From Azolla caroliniana (lineage: Eukaryota; Plantae; Polypodiophyta), in NCBI GenBank assembly GCA_043228905.1, contig JBHGNT010000011.1, forward strand, positions 19,778,001 to 19,842,000: a DNA stretch of 64,000 nt, written 5' to 3'. The position numbers and the translations under genes were made by a program. The notes under the pieces were generated by a model that saw nothing but the letters and a program-made list of their open reading frames with translations, made no database searches and was not told the origin of the DNA. Each line of letters opens with the position of its first letter. Position 1 is the first letter of the stretch. Positions 12,434 through 22,848 of this stretch are shown here, piece by piece.

Positions 12434-15400
12434 TTACATAGCAATCAATTCATCAACGTCATTTTCTTCATCATCTTGTGTAGAACTGTCTTCGGCTATA
12501 CGTGCATTGGTTTCCCCTGTTAGCCGAGCCAATGAAATATCTTCTATAAGCTCATCATCAAGCTCTATTAGCTCCCCCGGTTCGCCGGCTAACGGAGGAA
12601 TAGGCTCTCGCGAAGCAGGTTGAAACCTTTCTGTATTGGCGAGGTTCTTTGCACCGACCTCCTCATCCTGGTCTGGGCACTCCCACAAAGCCTTAATCCG
12701 CATATTAATAAATATAACTTGGTCCTCGTCCTTCTCCAATGCAACTGTATTTCTAAACGGCTTCAATGCACATGCTGACGTAGTTCCTGTGATGTAAGTA
12801 ACAAGAAGATTTAGTTGTCAAACGAAAAAAAAGTGATTGGTTATCTCAAGATCGTTACCCTAGTTCGAGGAATACCTGTGCCAGAAAAGAGATCTAATAT
12901 CCAGTCTCCTTCGACAGAAAACATCTCGATCAAGCGCATCATAAGTCGTTGAGGTTTTTGGTATGGGTTGACAAGTCCCCGTTCTGTCGTGGTGACATGT
13001 CGCAATTTCCGAGTCACTGCTGGATATACCAACAGATTTGAACCTCCCACTTCATTAGAATGCTCTTTGATTCTCTGTTTCTTAATTTCATCGAAGTAGC
13101 CAACCGTTATGTATTCAATGGCATTAACGAACCGAAAAGTTGGCCCTCTATTTACATTGGTCTTGATCCTATAAAAAATAATACATCGAGTTAAGAATAG
13201 ATTCAACAACCTTAAGAAATGCAATATAGTGAAAGATACCTATAAATAATCCTTACCATGCAAGGTTCTCGATGCCATGGCAACGAGACCTCAAAGCTTG
13301 AGCTACCGAGTACCCTTGGTCCATACTATGAAAGACAACTATTCGCCACAAGGATGCGGTCATTAGCTCAGCGAAATCCTTGACCATCTTCTCCAATTGT
13401 TTAAACCTAAACGGTTCATCGTCGTATGATGACCCAGCCATTCGAAATCCGTAAGGAATATCCGCAATCATTAGCGTATATTCCTTCTTTGGCACCTTCT
13501 GGATCAAGTCGATGACATCACCGCAAACCACATTGTAGTAAAGATCTCTTGTAATATCTTTTTTGTGGCTAAATTTTTTAAAGGAGCCATCTTCCTCCAT
13601 TTCGTACGCCTTGACTAAGCGACGATCCTTTTCTTTTCTGGCTCGTTCGAGATGTGCAAGGAAGGATGTAGGGAAATCGTGTATATCCTTAACTTCTCCT
13701 TGTTTCTTGCCTCGACACGGTTTCTAATAGAAGCAATAGGACATCAGGTATTATTATACAAGCTCTACATATGATGAAAGGGTAATGAAAAAACATGAAT
13801 ACTAACCCAATCCTTGAATGCAATAAAATACTCTGATAACGCCTTATACGAAGACGTTAGAGGATAATCCTCGGTCACTTGTTCCCAAGTTATACATCCA
13901 AGTTGTTTCATCATAACTTCTTGGATCTTCATGTACACCTTATGACTGTAAAATTAGAAATCAAGATTAGAACTTTGAATTACACTAGATAGACTACAAT
14001 TTCAGTATTTGAGGGACTTACTTATTGAACTCAGTGACCATTTCTTCAAGGCTTAAATCTTTCGTCACAACCCTTGACAAAACCGACACAAGAAGTTGCT
14101 CGTCCTTAATACCTTGCATCGCTCTCCATAGAGACAGCTTCATGTCATCTGCCGCTTCTTCAATTGTCAAGTCAATTTTCTTGGCGGCTTGTGACTTTAA
14201 CTCTAGTTGAGGGTCAACCCTACATTTCTTTTGTCGTTGACCCTTTACCTCCTTATTCTCCCACATTCAGAAGATTTGATCTTGTAGGTCCCATACTTCT
14301 CCATCTCTAAACGCCAATTGAAACCAAGACTCATACTTTCGAAGACTATCGGACCTAACATTATCATCTACCACAATGCCGACTTCATGCAGACATTGAC
14401 GTCGAAGGCCTGGATGTAACTTCACACCAAACTTTTGTTTCACATCTAAATACTCGTGGTGGAAGAATCATATACGCTCAATGGACGACATTTTCTGCTT
14501 ATAGTCATTATCATTATTATGGTCCCTTGCCAACAACTTAGCCTCTTCGGTTGTGAGCCCAACATAAATTTTGCACTCGGCATACTTGAAGAAGAAAGTT
14601 GTTGGATGTTCTCTCACAAGTTGCCGACGTGCCTCTGCTGAATGCGATCCACCAATGACAAACTAATTATATTGATCATGTTTTCTAATATCAAAATCTT
14701 CAATGGTTTCACATTCTTCAGGATCTACCATAACAATAAAAGGCACCACAGTGGCATGAGGATTAATTTTCATTTTTTTCTTGAGATTTTGAACATGCAT
14801 GCGGTGAGGCTCTCTAATCTCAAGTGGTCTTCGACCTGTTTTTTCATCAATAGGGGGCCGATGGATGTGTGTTATAGGTAAATTAAATACTTGCCCTTTC
14901 CTGACCAGCTTCCGTTGCATTAACTCTCTCCTTATTTTATTCTGCTCGGATGACAAAACACCCGAGGCCAGCTCAGCTCCTGGCGTCCCCTTATTATCCT
15001 CCTCTTCGTTTTCACTTGTTGAATCCGTATCCGACATTTTCGTTGTCTTCTTCTTTGCTGGTCTTGACTGGACTTTGGAAACCTTTTTTGTTGGCTTCAA
15101 TGGGGAGGGCACTTCATCTCTTAGAGTTACATGGCCTTGTATATAAGGCCTCAAGGTAGCAATAAGGTTTTGTGAGCTATCAAGTGCTTTTTTGAACACT
15201 TCTGGCCCACAAGATTCTTTTACTAAAAGGTCTTTTGAAAGGAACACTTTACGTACCCCCTTGGAGCACTCTATCATTACCAGTATGTTGGCCGAATCTG
15301 CATCTTCGTAGTCAAATCGTAGAATACGGCCATACATAAATGGGGTTTCCTTTCCAAGTTGCCCCTCACCCTTCTTCTTTGCTGTATACAATACGACTTT

Positions 15401-16412
15401 TTTCTTTGAGTCGACATATTGCATACACCATTCCTTGTCCGTTAGATCTCGATCAGGAAGGTCTTCACCTCCAGTAGCGGCGACAAGTTTCTTTTGGCTA
15501 ACATCACTATGTGGCTGAGATTTTGTCTCTTCGTTAAAGAGAAGCTTTTTTCCTCTCTTCATGGTCTCAAGAGCTACCTTAGTCTGGGCTTCGATTGGAG
15601 AACCTTGTATGCGAAGCTTTATTTTCTTCACCGGTCGGTCCGACAGGTTTTCAAACGACCTATTTAAGAAAGTATATGCAAAAACATAAGTTAGGTAGTC
15701 ACGTAGATTAAGGTTGTATATTAACATGAAGAACAGTTCCCAGGAGCAGTCCTATATTCAAAAATCTATTATAGGCAGGGCTATTCAACCTAGAAAATAT
15801 ATATCGTAATAAGTAAAAAGGGCTATTCTTTTAAATAGTAGGTATGACTTATATAGATTCCAAACCTATATTGACGAGAATTTGCTATCGTAAAGGCAAT
15901 TTGTGGATCATTTTCTACTATTTTAAGCTAAAGTAGGTCATAAAACACCTATAATTGGAGCATGTTTTTTTTTAAAAGTAAGGAAAGCCAACATAAAAAG
16001 ACTGATTTTGCCAGACAATTTGATAACTTTTCCATCCCAAAATTATTTGTTACCCCAAAAATACAATTTTTCTCTCTCAAAGCCTTCTTATATACAGGAA
16101 CTCGATACGGCGTATCGAGTTCCTGTTTAAAACCTACACTTTAAACAGGAACTCGATACGGCGTATCGAGTTCGTATTTAAAACCTAAACTTTAAACATG
16201 AACTCGATACGGCGTATCGAGTTCCTGTATAAAAAGCAAAATTAAATTATGAACTCGATACGCCGTATCGAGTTCATGTATAAATATTTGTATTGTATAC
16301 ATGAACTCGATACGGCGTATCGAGTTCTTGAGAAACGAAACATATTTACAAAAATGTCCACAGTGTCAGAGGCCTACCTGGAGTCCTCACGCTCGATTCT
16401 CTTTGAAGACAT
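12434..16412 (-). pseudogene. Spliced ParB/Srx-like domain + beta-class N6A/N4C DNA methyltransferase gene (~974 aa; 3 in-frame stops in this copy)
   Basis: Exons 16412-16378, 15659-14022, 13945-13807, 13723-13257, 13168-12876, 12786-12434 all have GT-AG boundaries, are phase-compatible and total 2925 nt. MTase motifs in beta order: VCGDVIDL, IADIPYG (motif IV), AWIK, NPYQKP..LM.RLI..FS..GDWILDLFSGTGTT (X/I), ALEKD. ParB-like: FVIGGSHSAEARRQL and EEAKLLAGDHN. Stops at 14665-14663, 14470-14468, 14269-14267. Confidence 0.85.
16098..16327. repeat. Array of five 25-bp palindromes GAACTCGATAC-GSC-GTATCGAGTTC at 51-52 bp spacing
   Basis: Starts at 16098, 16149, 16200, 16251 (loop inverted, GCC) and 16303. 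Arms are invariant; the 26-27 bp spacers are AT-rich and variable. Confidence 0.95.
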
Positions 16413-16449
16413 GTTTGATCGTGTGGAAGTGGAGGCGGAGATCGCGCTT

Positions 16450-16538
16450 TCGTGCTTTGTGCTCTGTGTGCTTTGTGTGCTTTGTGTGCTTTGTGTGCTC
16501 TCTACGTTCTGTGTGCTCTGTACGCTCTGTACGCTCTG
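16450..16538. repeat. 9-bp tandem repeats (GTGCTTTGT-like) in the predicted 5' UTR of the MTase gene
   Basis: Direct reading; lies between the TATA box and the ATG at 16412. Confidence 0.8.
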
Positions 16539-16564
16539 GTGAGTGAAATATGACGAGGTCTTCC

Positions 16565-16572
16565 TATTTATA
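16565..16572 (-). promoter_or_regulatory. TATA box (TATAAATA) of the ParB-MTase gene
   Basis: CCTATAAATAGG on the minus strand, ~25-30 bp before a pyrimidine/A initiator-like TTTCACTCA and ~150 bp upstream of the ATG. Confidence 0.55.
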
Positions 16573-16795
16573 GGGATTGAACACATTGGTTAAAGTAACC
16601 ATAGTCACCTTAACCAAGGTTGGTAATTTTGAGGATAGTTAGTTGGTAACCATAGTCACATTAACTAGAGAAACTTATGATTGTATTAATGATTACAAAG
16701 TCAAACTACCATATTGATCAATCTTTTATAGTCATAACAACCTACAATGACTTCAAAGGTTATGAATGAGACAATGATAGAGGTTCATGAATGTA

Positions 16796-16970
16796 CCAAT
16801 GATTGATTACTAAAACCAACAATTTTTATGACTCTCAAATGTTGTGTATTAAAGATGTGGGCATAAATTAACCAATGATTGATAAGTCTAATATTTAAAA
16901 TGGTGAGCATTAAAGAACCAATGAGTGAGACGTTCTATATCAAAATGGGTGCCATTAATTAGCCAATGAT
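16796..16970 (+). promoter_or_regulatory. Repeated CCAATGA motifs between the divergent genes
   Basis: CCAATGA at 16796, 16872, 16918 and 16963; the last three are spaced 45-46 bp apart. Confidence 0.4.
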
Positions 16971-17255
16971 TTTAACATTAATCCAACATATTCATGGCTT
17001 GTTAATGATTAGTTTTATATTTTACTTGATTTAACTTTATATAGATCTAGTTTATATAATAATTGATATTTTAAGTACAATTACTTTATTAAAAATAATT
17101 TTTTGATGTATTGTATTAATAGAATATTACATAATATAGACATTCTATTGATTTGGCTTTTGTTTAGAGAGAAGTTTATGTTTAGAGAGGAGCTTATTAG
17201 TTTTTTTCTTTCCCCTAAGCCCATAATTTAGAGAGCCCTATCTAGACCTTAAGCC

Positions 17256-20034
17256 ATGAGTGAAGATTCACCGTTCTCGATTGAAGAATATTGTTTGTCA
17301 TCAGACCCATCGTTTTCTACTGAAGAGTATTGTTTGTCATCAGAGTCACCATATTCGATTGAAGAATATTGTCTGTCGACCGACTCACCATATTCTATCG
17401 AAGAATATTGTCTGAGCTCATCTACATGGAATGTAAATAATGACACATGTGAAGAGTTCTTTATTGAAGAATACGATATTAATAAAGATACCGAGAATGA
17501 AGGAAGTGCCCAGGAAACATTGAATAACATTGGCGATGGTCACAGCAAAGAATTAGACTGTAACAATGTTACACCAACCTCTATGCAGGAAGAGAAATCT
17601 GGGAGCCCTATGCATATTAGAAGAATCCCACGAAGAATTCGTCTAGCTAGATTTAGCTTGGTGACATCAGATAAACAGATTGGATTTGATGTCAACAAAA
17701 TATGTTGTGCCCGTGGTTGTATGTCTATGATTGGAAAATCAAAGTTGCGAGAATTAAGGCGATACTATTTTTCGATGACCGGTGATGAGCAAGACACTTA
17801 CCTCGGGTCACATATGCAACTAGTATCTGACAAATGTACGGGGATCAAAGTATCATTCGAGTATTATATCTTCCATGCGCAACAGATATGTAGAGTTGCA
17901 TTCAAAATTGCGTTGTGTTAGTAACATGCGGCTACATAGAGTACAACAACGTCTACTTAGCGGGGATCAGATGCTCAATTGTAAAGAGGTTCCAAGTATG
18001 AAAGGTGCAATTGGAAGACTAGCTATTGGTTGGATGAAAACTTACTTTCAGTTAAATTGTGAAGTAATGCCCACTACAGGTAGGATGCATCTTTCTGATA
18101 ATTATACACGTCGGGAAGTTTATGATGTCTATCGATCTGATATGCTGGGCTCACGTAATAAGTCGATCACATATAGCCAATTCACAAGATTATGGAGAGC
18201 TCGGTTTTCAAATGTTATTATTCCTCGTAAAGTACGTATGGGGTATTGCTCCATTTGTGCAAATCTTAAAAGTTTGGCTAAAGGTGCAAAGACATCAATG
18301 GAAAAGGATACGAGTAAGAAGTTACTACAAGAGCATCGTGAGGCACAATCCTTAGAACAAAGCAAGGCGATGCATCATAGAGAGAAGTGTTTGAAGAGGC
18401 CCGAACAATACATGTGCTTAATGATAGATGGCATGGACCAGAAGAAGACATGCTTGCCGCATATGCGGAGGCTCCCCAAAGATGTCAATGATGAGTGCCT
18501 TGTTCAAATGCAGTTGGTGGGATGCTTGGCTTATAATAGGTCTGTTCGACCTCACGTCTTCATTACTTACCCCAATGTTCACAATGACCCTAACCTAACA
18601 GTTATAGTGATTCACCGAGTTTTGATGTCTTGGGGACAACCTTTCCCCCCTGTTCTATACATTCAATTGGACAATACTGCTAGAGAGAACAAAAATTCAA
18701 CTGTATTTGGCTATCTAAGTATGTTGGTCAACCTAGAATTGTTTAGGAAAGTGAAAGTCAATTTCCTTTTGGTTGGCCACACACATGACCATATAGATCA
18801 GATGTTTAGCACATTCTCCAGACAGTTGTCTCGGAATGATGCTTTCACTTTACCTAAACTATTTGATGTCATTTGTGATGCTTATACACCACGCCCAAAA
18901 GTGTTACACTTGAAGGAGGTATATGACTTTAAGAGATATATATTAGATGGGGGTGGTGGGAATGTTAAAGTGCTTGCTCAGTTAAACAATATAAGTTTCA
19001 ATCACATTTTTTTGATAAAGAAAAATGGAATAAGTGGTTCTACACTTTTGTATGCCAAACAATATTCATCTTCTACAACATGGGAACCTGAAGGTGGTTG
19101 CCAGTTATTACTTTGTATGCCGAGTACAATTGTCCATGGAGCTAAGCAAATGCCAATTGAGAAGAAAGGACAGTTGCAGAGCGACTTGGTATCAGAACAA
19201 AAACGGTCATGGCTCCAAGCCTTAGAAGAAAAAAGAAAGCATATTGAGGCCGCCAAGAAATATGCCGCACAACAAGACACGTCATGGTGGGATGTATTTT
19301 ATAGTGATCAGAAAGAAATTATAGACAATTGTGTATCTGTTGATAATTGGAATTTGGAAACGCCATTCACATAATCGTTGCAACATGATCGCGTAAATAG
19401 AAGTCCGGAGCAACTAGTAAATGTGATTAATGACAGCTTGGTCCATCCACAACAAAGAGACATTTATGTGGGACCAAGGATGACCAAAGCAGCCGAAGCT
19501 AGATGGCAAGGAAATTTGCAAGAGCTCACCGCGGGGATGTTGATTGCAACGCCGGCTGATGAGAACTCACATGGCCACCAATTTTGGGTTGGTAAAATTC
19601 TAGAAGTGCTAATGCATGAAATAGAAAACACGATCAAGTCTATAAATGTTCATTGGTACAACACTAGAAGTGCAAATGCTTTTACAGGTAAGTATACATT
19701 GGAGATGATTGAATGCCAAACAAGAAGGGGAGGTAGGAAGAGGAAGCGAAACATTCGTAACACCTCGACCCTTGATATCTCTGATGTGGATATCATCGTG
19801 TACGACTTCACACTTACAAAAGCCGGACGATTAAGGAAGTCAACAATAGATATAATAAAAGAAAAATTACCAGGTCTACAAGGTGGCTCGAGTCAAAGGC
19901 AAACGAGATCTGCTACATATAATCTAGAGTCAAACCATTTGGTTTATGACGAAGATAATGCACTGATTGGTACATCCGAGGATGATGAGGAGGAATCGTC
20001 ATTGTATATTAGTTATAGTAGTGATTCTCCGTAA
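17256..20034 (+). pseudogene. Sola-like (DUF7869-type) DDD transposase, ~926 aa, with one frameshift (~17915) and one stop (19372-19374)
   Basis: Three consecutive ORFs. Motifs: CC..GC, CRVAF, CSICANL, IDGMDQKKT (18427), YIQLDNTARENKN (18670), FLLVGHTHDHIDQMFS (18775). N-terminus has four 13-aa repeats. Confidence 0.8.
17265..17420 (+). repeat. 39-bp coding tandem repeat x4 (SP[FY]SIEEYCLSSx)
   Basis: Visible in both the translation and the DNA. Confidence 0.9.
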
Positions 20035-20392
20035 AGGAGTGATCATGAATGTATATTTGGCTATTAAGTGTAACTACATTCCGCTTGTAACAAATCGAGT
20101 AATATAAAATCATGTGTTTTGAATTCTTATGATTTCTAAAAAATTGTTTCTTATAAAATAACATTGGTTGTGAAGTTTGTGATATAAATTGAGAATGTAT
20201 CTTTTTGAAATTCGTCTTTTTTTAGTTACTTCTAAATCACGAAAATAGTGGATTTTTAACCTTTTTCATAGTATGTTTGAACATGTATGATACTGGTATC
20301 AATGTGTTTTGTAAAATCATTGAAAAACCCCTACAATTTCCCTTATCCTTCCATTTATGCGCGATCCTTCCACTTGTGAACGCGAACGTGTT

Positions 20393-21031
20393 ATAATGAG
20401 GCATACATGTTATATCTATAAATCTTGTAATACCCTCCCCAGGGCAAAAGGGATATAATTAATTTAATCATGTTAAACAAGAAACAAAAACAAAGTTGGA
20501 ACTACTAATATCAAATGCAAGAATCTCCTTGCATTTTCAGTGTCTTTGCACTTGCAATACACGTCTATAAGAGCATTGCTCACGAAGACATTCAAGTCAT
20601 AACCACTTGCAACTGTATGGTTGTCATGTCTATCATCTGATTTGCAATAGTGAAACCATTTTTATAATAAGGTTATATAATTGCTTAGCACAAGCCATCT
20701 TTCCTTTTTTTTGCATCTCTTTGCACTTAGAAAAAGTATTGATTCATTTGGAACAACTTTTCCTTTAGTAAACAGTTCCTTAAGTTTTTGAAATTCCTTG
20801 TCAATTGATTCATCTTCATGCACCTCACTGAAAGCCCCAATAGTGCCAAAATAGTGATCCTTCTCTTGCACTTGATGGTGCTTGTATTTGAAGGTAAATC
20901 ATTGCCAACCAAGCATGCTAATTTGACTCTAATATATAAGGGCAATGCTTTTGTGGATCTTCGATTCTTGCAAGAATAAAGCATTATCAGCGAGTGTCCC
21001 ATCTGATGCCCAAAGCAATGAAGAGGTTTGT
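20393..21031. repeat. Segment duplicated downstream of MATE copy 3 (50300-50634 plus 52986-53323)
   Basis: Near-identical sequence from ATAATGAGGCATACATG to GAAGAGGTTTGT; the two translated ORFs (20727-21002, 52948-53277) match. Confidence 0.9.
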
Positions 21032-21260
21032 TGTTACGAGCATGATCATATAATATCCCGTGGTGAGAATGTACCGTAGTATTCTATACACGTGGATAAA
21101 GTGTGAGGGTTAAACGAGAGTGTAAAGAAGGGGAGGATTACTTTTAATACTCGGGATTGAGACAACCCATTAGGCCAAGTGTGAACTTGTCTAGGGCCCT
21201 TGGGTCTGGCTACAATATATATAATATAAGCATATGAGGCTTAGCTCTGATACCAATTGT
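21032..21260 (-). mobile_element. LTR-retroelement remnant with a tRNA-iMet primer-binding site
   Basis: GCTCTGATACCA at 21244-21255 is the reverse complement of TGGTATCAGAGC and is followed by ATTG. Homology to the copy-3 flank breaks at TGTTACG (21032). Confidence 0.5.
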
Positions 21261-21559
21261 TATAAAGTAAGCATATGGAGAGAGAGAAAGAAGGATGTCG
21301 ATCCACCCGACCACCCCCGAGCGAAGGGATCGAGACGGACTCGAGCCTCAATCGGCGTCCCATACCAAATAAGGAATAACATGGTTTTTGCTATGGGGAT
21401 TGTGGGTGGATAGATTGCAAGATTCTAAGTGTTGAATTTACAGGATTATTTGTGGGTAAATTCATTAGGGAAAACCAAATGAGGAATTAAACTGGAAACC
21501 TTGGTGGATAATTTGATGTCGGAAGAGTATATGCTTAGATGGATTTTGATTGTTGGCAG

Positions 21560-22050
21560 GGGGTTGGATCTAAGGCTGATAGCAACCATATTTCGCGGGC
21601 GCGATGCATTGGCGAGAAAAAGATACGGGGAGAGGATTGCTTCATCCTGAACCTATCAGCCGATCCGGGAACTCTATCAAGCCGAAGCGAGGGGCCTACC
21701 GAGATAATATGCCACATAATGTCGGGGTCTTTCAGCCAAAAGATTGGGTTGCTGATCTAGTTGGAGAACTCCCATTTGACCAAGATCCAGGCTACATCAA
21801 TCGAGGAGGCTGTATTATGGGAAACCAACATAGACACTAGTGTGGAAGAGTACCGACGTGTGGACGGCATCAATGTAGGACACTCGGGCCGGACAACAGC
21901 TACCCTGTTTCGGTTCGGCGAGGCTGCGATGAGTCATACCAAAACACGGCTTGAGGAGGAGTGGGTCATCGATGAGGTGGCTTTCGGCGTGCCTGGCTTG
22001 TCGTGCGACCTTTTCATCCCTCCTCTTGATATCGTTCGCATTGATCCACG
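21560..22050 (+). pseudogene. Orphan C-terminal exon of a DUF620 family gene
   Basis: cag|GGG LD.RLIATIF, frameshift, ARCIGEKKI.GEDCFIL, GSFSQKIGLL*, WETNIDT, DGINVGHSGRT, LFRFGE, TRLEEEWVIDEVAFGVPGLS.D.FIPP. Stop at 21758-21760; no upstream exons found. Confidence 0.8.
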
Positions 22051-22335
22051 TGGTGACACCAGGTCCAATGCAACAAACAACAGTAGATGGGCTCATGGTG
22101 ACAACATGCCTAATTGTCCATCGCGTGTTAGGCGAACATGCTGTGTTGGGCCCGTCCCATCCAGTGAGACTTGTACACTTGGCGTTGAGCTCAATACATC
22201 AAGCCCTATTTACCCAAAGGATCGCTTAAGTAAAGAAATTTGTCTTTGAAAGATATTCTGGTAAATAGGGCTTGTAAATTTGAGTATATAATGACTTTAT
22301 AAAGTGTATTTTTTTGGAAATAGGGGTAGTTTGTT

Positions 22336-22672
22336 AAATTTGGAACTTTAAGGGGCATTCTGGTAAATAGACGAACTTCTAACTTTTCCCTAATTATAAT
22401 TGGTCCCTTTACCCCACAATGTCAATAAATAGACGAACTTCTAACTTTTCCCTAATTATAATTGGTCCCTTTACCCCACAATGTCAATAAATTTGGAACT
22501 TTAAGGGGCATTCTGGTAAATAGACGAACTTCTAACTTTTCCCTAATTATAATTGGTCCCTTTACCCCACAATGTCAATAAATTTGGAACTTTAAGGGGC
22601 ATTCTGGTAAATAGACGAACTTCTAACTTTTCCCTAATTATAATTGGTCCCTTCACCCCACAATGTCAATAA
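22336..22672. repeat. ~91-bp tandem repeat (3 copies plus a 61-bp partial) just upstream of alpha-DOX
   Basis: Repeated AAATAGACGAACTTCTAACTTTTCCCTAATTATAATTGGTCCCTTTACCCCACAATGTCAAT. Confidence 0.9.
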
Positions 22673-22848
22673 GTAATTGTCGGTTGTTGAAAGGACTTAA
22701 TTCCAATCAATCAAAAGATAGGACAAGTATCTTAACCTAATTCCAATCAATCATATAGCTCCGTTTCCCACATTAGTTAGTGAGCCATCAGGATTTTTCT
22801 AAGTAAATCTCTCACTCAAGTTTCCTTGTGGGAGGAGGAGGAGGAGGT

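Larger units (their letters stand above)
11386..20392. mobile_element. 9.0-kb TIR DNA transposon (Sola-like) carrying a transposase and a ParB-methyltransferase gene
   Basis: Left end AACACGTTTGCGTTCACAAGTGGAAGGATTGCGCAT (11386) vs reverse complement of right end AACACGTTCGCGTTCACAAGTGGAAGGATCGCGCAT (ends 20392): 2 mismatches. ATAA lies directly outside both ends (11382-11385, 20393-20396). The paralogous right flank at ~50300 lacks the element. Superfamily inferred from the 4-bp TSD and transposase motifs. Confidence 0.9.

Noticed and set aside
15660-15727. Start of the 354-aa ORF (MLIYNLNL...) as the true N-terminus
   Set aside because: It lies in the intron 1 acceptor region; the upstream exon MSSKRIEREDS splices in phase at 15659.
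16098-16327. CRISPR array
   Set aside because: The repeat-spacer geometry is similar, but spacers resemble each other and are AT-rich, one repeat is inverted, there are no cas genes, and the context is a eukaryotic intron.
12434-16412. Bacterial or phage contamination as the source of the MTase
   Set aside because: The gene has five phase-consistent spliceosomal introns and a TATA box, and sits inside a TSD-flanked element in plant sequence.
16249-16586. VLC/STQ-repeat ORFs
   Set aside because: Products of the 9-bp UTR repeat; only the last 35 nt (16412-16378) form a plausible coding exon.
11386-20392. CACTA/EnSpm classification (CACG near the termini)
   Set aside because: No 2-3 bp TSD flanks CACG...CGTG, the TIR extends to AACACG with a 4-bp ATAA TSD, and the transposase lacks Tnp2-type motifs.
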